NCBI GenBank assembly: GCA_963708135.1
Contig: OY970192.1
Coordinates: 4,032,001-4,096,000 of the forward strand
From: an uncultured Gemmatimonadales bacterium
GTDB lineage: Bacteria > Gemmatimonadota > Gemmatimonadetes > Longimicrobiales > RSA9
Reading direction: 5' to 3'
DNA length: 64,000 bases
Under the pieces are notes generated by a model, which did not search any database, was not told the DNA's origin, and worked only from the letters and a program-made list of their open reading frames with translations. Position numbers and translations under genes: made by a program. Below, in pieces: positions 59,678 to 64,000 of the stretch (its first letter is position 1; every line of letters starts with the position of its first letter).

Positions 59678-60094
59678 TCAGTCGGTCGTGCCGCCGGCTC
59701 CTTCCTCCGCCTCCAGGCCGTCGACCCTGTGCTGCCACCGCTCGTCCTCCGGGAGGTCGTGCGGCCTGTACATGATCACCTGCGCCCGCTCGAGGGTGAT
59801 GAGCCCGCCGTCGATCATCCGGTCCAGCTCGGGGAGCAGCGCGCGGATGCGCTCCTCCTCCTCGACCACCTCGACCACGATCGGCTGGTCGAGGGACAGG
59901 CGCAGGATCTTCTCCGTGTGTAATCGGGCGTGCGCGCCGAAGCCGCCGATGCCGCGCAGCACGGTGGCGCCCGCAAACCCACGCGCGCGGAAGAGGCGGA
60001 CCAGCTCCTCGTGGAGCGGCTTGCCCTCCCACTTGTCGCGCTCGCCGATGAAGACGCGCATCAGCGTCCGCTCTCCGATGAAACGGTGCGGCAT
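59678..60094 (-). CDS. DUF190 (PII-like) protein
   Basis: RVFIGE, AGATVLRGIGGFG, LSLDQPIVVEVV. Confidence 0.9.
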   Translation of the reverse strand: MPHRFIGERTLMRVFIGERDKWEGKPLHEELVRLFRARGFAGATVLRGIGGFGAHARLHTEKILRLSLDQPIVVEVVEEEERIRALLPELDRMIDGGLITLERAQVIMYRPHDLPEDERWQHRVDGLEAEEGAGGTTD

Positions 60095-60095
60095 G

Positions 60096-60479
60096 TCAGC
60101 GCCTCCCCTGCAATGCCACGACGGCCAGGGCGAAACCGGCGAAGGTGGCCACCAGGCCCACACCCACGCTCGCGGCCAGGTAGCCCGCCGCGCGCGCCCA
60201 CTCGCCGTCGCGCAGCAGCATCGCCGTGTCGTAGCTGAACGTGCTGAACGTCGTGAACGCGCCGAAGAAGCCGATCGCGACGAACGCGCGCAGCTCCGCG
60301 CCGACGTCCACCGCGCTCATATAGCGCAGCGCGATGCCGAGCCCGAGGCAGCCGGCCACGTTGACGAGCAGCGTGCCCCAGGGGAAGCCGCCGCCCGCCC
60401 AGCCGTGGACCCAGCCGCCCAGGCCGTAACGCGCGATTGCGCCGAGCGCGCCGCCGAGGGCAATGTACAAGAGCAACAT
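60096..60479 (-). CDS. crcB: Fluoride channel FluC/CrcB
   Basis: GGALGAIARY, FPWGTLLVN, GFFGAFTTFSTF. Confidence 0.95.
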   Translation of the reverse strand: MLLLYIALGGALGAIARYGLGGWVHGWAGGGFPWGTLLVNVAGCLGLGIALRYMSAVDVGAELRAFVAIGFFGAFTTFSTFSYDTAMLLRDGEWARAAGYLAASVGVGLVATFAGFALAVVALQGRR

Positions 60480-60607
60480 CGGCGGCAAGTCTACGGGAGC
60501 GGCGGTGGGCCGGGCAAGCCGCGCATCCTCCGGCCCTTTCCCACGCGACGCCGCCGTTCCCCGCGCCGCCGGCGCGCCGCCTGTCGCCCTCGCGGAGCCA
60601 GCATCGC

Positions 60608-61552
60608 TTGATTACGATTGCCACGGTCACGCCGAACCCATCGCTCGACCTGCTGTTCGAGGCCGGCGCGCTCGTCTGGGACGACGCCAACCGCCTCGAT
60701 CCGCCCCGCCGCCGCGCGGGCGGGCAGGGGATCAACGTGGTCCGTGCGGCGCGCTCTCTCGGAGGCCGCGCCGTCGCCGTGGCACCGCTCGGCGGCGGGA
60801 TCGGCGCGACCCTGGCCGCCATGCTCGAGGCGGAGGGCGTGCCGCTCCGCACCGTGCCGATCGCCGGGGAGACGCGGCTCTTCGTGGGCGTCCGCGAGAC
60901 CGGATCCGGCCGGAGCATGCTGCTCAACCCGCGCGGGGTCGGCCTCGCGCCGGAGGAGGTCGCCGCACTCCTCGCCGCGGTCGAGCGCTGCCTCGACGAG
61001 GATGCGCCCGCCTGGCTCGGCTGCTGCGGCTCCGTTCCTCCAGGTCCGCAGGCGACGCTCTACGCCGCCATCGGCCGGCGCGCCCGCGCCCGCGGGATCC
61101 GCTTCGTCCCCGACTGCGATGGCGAGGCGCTGCACCTGGCCGCCGAGGCCGGCTGCGACCTGCTCGTGCCCAACGAGCATGAAGCCGCACGGCTGCTCGG
61201 CGCCACCGTCGATGATCCCGCCTCCGCAGCGCGCGCGGCGCGCGCGCTGCTCCGCTACGGGCCGGCGCTCGCCGCCGTCACGCTCGGCGCGCGCGGTGCC
61301 GTTGCGGCCACGGCCGCCGGCGCCTGGCATGCCCGCCCACCCTCCATCCCCGCCGGCAGCGCCGTCGGCGCGGGCGACGCCTTTCTGGCCGCCCTGCTCC
61401 TCGCGCTCGACGCGGACGCCTCGACGCCCGATGCGCTGCGCTCCGCCGTCGCGGCGGGCTCGGCCGTCCTGCTGGCCCGCGGCGAGGCGATCCTCGACCC
61501 GGCGGTGGCGGAGCGGCTGAGCGGAGAAGTCGAGGTCTCCCGCATGGAGTGA
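60608..61552 (+). CDS. 1-phosphofructokinase-family (PfkB) hexose kinase
   Basis: TVTPNPSLD, GGQGINV, PNEHE, VGAGDAF. Confidence 0.88.
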   Translation: MITIATVTPNPSLDLLFEAGALVWDDANRLDPPRRRAGGQGINVVRAARSLGGRAVAVAPLGGGIGATLAAMLEAEGVPLRTVPIAGETRLFVGVRETGSGRSMLLNPRGVGLAPEEVAALLAAVERCLDEDAPAWLGCCGSVPPGPQATLYAAIGRRARARGIRFVPDCDGEALHLAAEAGCDLLVPNEHEAARLLGATVDDPASAARAARALLRYGPALAAVTLGARGAVAATAAGAWHARPPSIPAGSAVGAGDAFLAALLLALDADASTPDALRSAVAAGSAVLLARGEAILDPAVAERLSGEVEVSRME

Positions 61553-61675
61553 GCGGGCGGACGGCCCGCAGGCCGGCATCGTGGCCGCCGGGGCGCTCCG
61601 GGGGCGGCCGCCGGTGGCTGCCGGCCGGCGCGGCCCGGGCGCGAGGCCCGGCCGCCCGGCGCGGCGGGCCCCGCG

Positions 61676-61870
61676 TTACGGCTGGCTGGTAGTCGTGTCC
61701 GGCACGACGTTCACGTCCGGCGTCACCACGGTCTGCGTGTCCGGCTGCACCTGCACGGCGCCGGGCTGCACCTGCACCTCGTCGCTGTTCGGGGTCTCCT
61801 TGTGGGTGACCTCGCACGCGGCCATGGCCATCACCGCGAGAGCCGCGGCTGCATAGGCGGAAATCCGCAT
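61676..61870 (-). CDS. Small lipoprotein (64 aa) with VQVQP repeats
   Basis: MAAC lipobox; AGGAG SD upstream. Confidence 0.75.
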   Translation of the reverse strand: MRISAYAAAALAVMAMAACEVTHKETPNSDEVQVQPGAVQVQPDTQTVVTPDVNVVPDTTTSQP

Positions 61871-62106
61871 TTTCTGTCTCTCCTGTGATAGGGTCCACTT
61901 CAACCTGTCGCCCGGCTCAAGGGCAAGATCCGGGCCGAGATGCGGGATCCGCAGCCGCTCCATGACCTGGCCTTGTGCGCGGCCGATTCCTGCGGAATTG
62001 GGAGCTCCGTCGGGAACAGTTGTGTAGGCGAGCGGCCGCGCGCTCCGCGCTGGATCCGGCCGATCCGGCCATTCCCGCGCCCCGCGGCCGGCGCGGAATT
62101 GGCGCC

Positions 62107-64000
62107 ATGCACGCCAGTCCGCCCCCCGCCTTCGACCGGCTGCTCCGCCGGACCACCCGCCGTGACCGGCTGGCGCCGCTGCTGCGCGCGCTCGGACTCG
62201 AGCCGTGCGCGGTCGAGGTCGAGTTGGAGGGTGGCGGCGGCGAGGGGGAGGCGGGCCGCGAGGTTCGCTACGCCGCCATCGTCGCGGAGCGGGGCGGGCT
62301 CACGGCGCTGCTCGCCGAGCTCGAGGCGGAGCCGGCGCCGGAGGGCGTGGCCGCGCTGACGCGGCGGCTCGCCCCGCGCGACCCCCGGCCCCGCCTCTTC
62401 CTCTTCGCCTCGCCCGGCTACCGGCGTCTGGCCTTCGCGTCGGCGGGGCTCGAGGGGGAGGTGCGGCAGCTCTTCGTGGACCGGCTGCGCCCGCGGCAGA
62501 CGGACCTCGAGACGCTGGCGGAGATGGCCGCGCGGGAGGGCGAGGGCGGGGTGGCGCTGGCGCTTCGACATGCGCGGGCGCTCGACCGGACGCGCGTGAC
62601 CCGCCGCTTCTTCGCGGACTTTCGCGCGGCCAGGGCGCGGGTCGCGGGCGCATGGCGGGGGCTGGCGCGCGGCGACGCCTCCGCGCGCGCCCAGCTCGCG
62701 CTGCTGTTCCTCTCGCGCCTGATGTTCCTCTACTTCCTCCAGCGGCAGGGCCACCTGGCCGGCGCGCCCGACTACCTGCCGGGGCTGCTCCGGCGATGGC
62801 AGCGCGGGGACGTGCGGAATGGGGGTGGGAGCCCGGGGACGAGCACGCCGACCGCGGCGGCGGGGCGGCGGGATGTCCATGCCACGTTCTTCCGCTCGGT
62901 GCTCCAGCCGCTGTTCTTCGGGGCGCTCAATACCCGCCCGGAGGCGCGCGACGCGGAGGCGCGGGCGCTCGGCCCGCTGCCGTACCTGAACGGCGGCCTC
63001 TTCGAGCGGCACGGGCTGGAGCGCCGACACCCCCACCTGGACCTCCCGGACGCGGCCGTGGCGGCGGTGTTCGACGAGCTGCTCGAGCGCTACCGCTTCA
63101 CGACGCGGGAGGCCTCGCAGGCGGCGGTGGACGGAGCGCAGGACCTCGGCATCGACCCGGAGATGCTCGGGCGGGTGTTCGAGGGTCTGATGGCGCCGGA
63201 ACGGCGCGGGGCGACGGGGACCTTCTACACGCCGGCCCGGGTGGTGGACCGGCTGGTGCGCGAATCGCTGGCGGCGGGGCTGGGGACGCGGGCGGCGCTG
63301 GACCCGGAGCGGGCCGCGGCGGTGGTGGAGCGGGGGGAGGTGGCGGGGCTCACGGCGCACGAGCGGGCGAGGCTCGCGGCGGCGCTCCGCGAGCTGCGGG
63401 TGCTCGATCCGGCATGCGGCTCGGGGGCATTCCTCGTCGGCGCGCTCTCGCGCCTGGCGCGGATCAGGACGGCGCTGGCGGGCCCGGAGGTGGACGTACG
63501 CGCGCTCCGCCGCGAGATCGTGGCGAAGTGCCTCCACGGGGTGGACCTCCAGGAGGACGCGGCCCTCCTCTGCGCGCTCCGCCTCTGGCTGGCGCTCGCC
63601 GCGGGGCCCTCGCGGGGCGGTGGCGCGGTGGCGGCGGGTCCGTCGCGCGGCGCTGGCGCCGCGCCGCCTGCCGGGCCGCGGACCGCCGCACTGGATCCCG
63701 TGGTCCCACCGCTCCCGAACCTCGACCGGCGGATCCGCCAGGGCGATGCGCTGCTGGACCCGCTGGACCTGCTCTCGGCCGGACCGGCCGGCGGCGCCTG
63801 GCGGGGGGCGGCCGTGGACGGCCGCGTCCGCGCCGCGGTCGCGGCCATGCGGCCGCTCGGCGAGCGCTACCTGACGGCCGATCCGGCCGAGCGGCCCGCG
63901 CTGCGGCGTGGCCTCGCCGCCGCGGAGACGGAGCTCGCCACCGCCTGGACGCTGGCCGTCGAGGCCCGGCTCCGGGCGCGGCTGCGGGAGCTCCGCGCCG
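62107..64000 (+). CDS. Type IIG / Eco57I-like N6-adenine DNA methyltransferase (3'-partial; absent from the ORF track because it has no stop in the window)
   Basis: Translated by eye from 62107: SRLMFLYFLQ, PYLNGGLFE, DPEMLGRVFE, GTFYTP, VLDPACGSGAFL, GVDL. Confidence 0.88.
   Translation, partial: MHASPPPAFDRLLRRTTRRDRLAPLLRALGLEPCAVEVELEGGGGEGEAGREVRYAAIVAERGGLTALLAELEAEPAPEGVAALTRRLAPRDPRPRLFLFASPGYRRLAFASAGLEGEVRQLFVDRLRPRQTDLETLAEMAAREGEGGVALALRHARALDRTRVTRRFFADFRAARARVAGAWRGLARGDASARAQLALLFLSRLMFLYFLQRQGHLAGAPDYLPGLLRRWQRGDVRNGGGSPGTSTPTAAAGRRDVHATFFRSVLQPLFFGALNTRPEARDAEARALGPLPYLNGGLFERHGLERRHPHLDLPDAAVAAVFDELLERYRFTTREASQAAVDGAQDLGIDPEMLGRVFEGLMAPERRGATGTFYTPARVVDRLVRESLAAGLGTRAALDPERAAAVVERGEVAGLTAHERARLAAALRELRVLDPACGSGAFLVGALSRLARIRTALAGPEVDVRALRREIVAKCLHGVDLQEDAALLCALRLWLALAAGPSRGGGAVAAGPSRGAGAAPPAGPRTAALDPVVPPLPNLDRRIRQGDALLDPLDLLSAGPAGGAWRGAAVDGRVRAAVAAMRPLGERYLTADPAERPALRRGLAAAETELATAWTLAVEARLRARLRELRA

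Noticed and set aside
60480..60607. Fluoride riboswitch upstream of crcB
   Set aside because: No GGCGAUGG...CGCC / UGAUGAC pattern found, and the putative promoter abuts the start codon.
58308..60611. Very long antisense or alternative-frame ORFs (e.g. 58308-60611 +, 48393-50663 +, 55130-57208 -, 61900-63537 -)
   Set aside because: Shadow ORFs expected at this GC content; they lie opposite well-supported genes and lack family motifs.
1..64000. Prophage, IS element, integron, tRNA or rRNA
   Set aside because: No integrase, transposase or phage structural motifs, terminal repeats, cloverleaf or rRNA-like sequence recognised; composition looks uniform.

Overview
Very GC-rich bacterial chromosomal segment, densely coding, with about 60 genes. 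Gene content and style suggest Gemmatimonadota/Longimicrobiales, but this is inference and not verified. No rRNA, tRNA, CRISPR array or transposase was recognised. Main content: (1) a sufCBD-Rieske-sufS-sufU operon with a sigma70 promoter and a Fur-type box; (2) a probable sphingolipid/ceramide biosynthesis locus (SDR reductase, serine palmitoyltransferase, bacterial ceramide synthase) divergent from fabI and followed by an Aur1/IPC-synthase-like PAP2 enzyme and a NAPE-PLD-like hydrolase, which is the most interesting system here; (3) a small SelW/Rdx selenoprotein (CxxU, with a downstream hairpin) missed by the ORF track, upstream of pfkA; (4) a stand-alone GyrA/ParC paralogue without the canonical GyrA-box; (5) an ECF sigma/zinc anti-sigma pair, an ABC transporter with a PIG-L deacetylase, and fluC-DUF190-mgtE; (6) a secreted JAMM-like protein; (7) two genes broken by single-base insertions and one internally deleted DUF72 pseudogene; (8) several apparently leaderless promoters; (9) the 5' part of a Type IIG-like DNA methyltransferase running off the window end. 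Product calls rest on motif recognition by eye; no searches were run.
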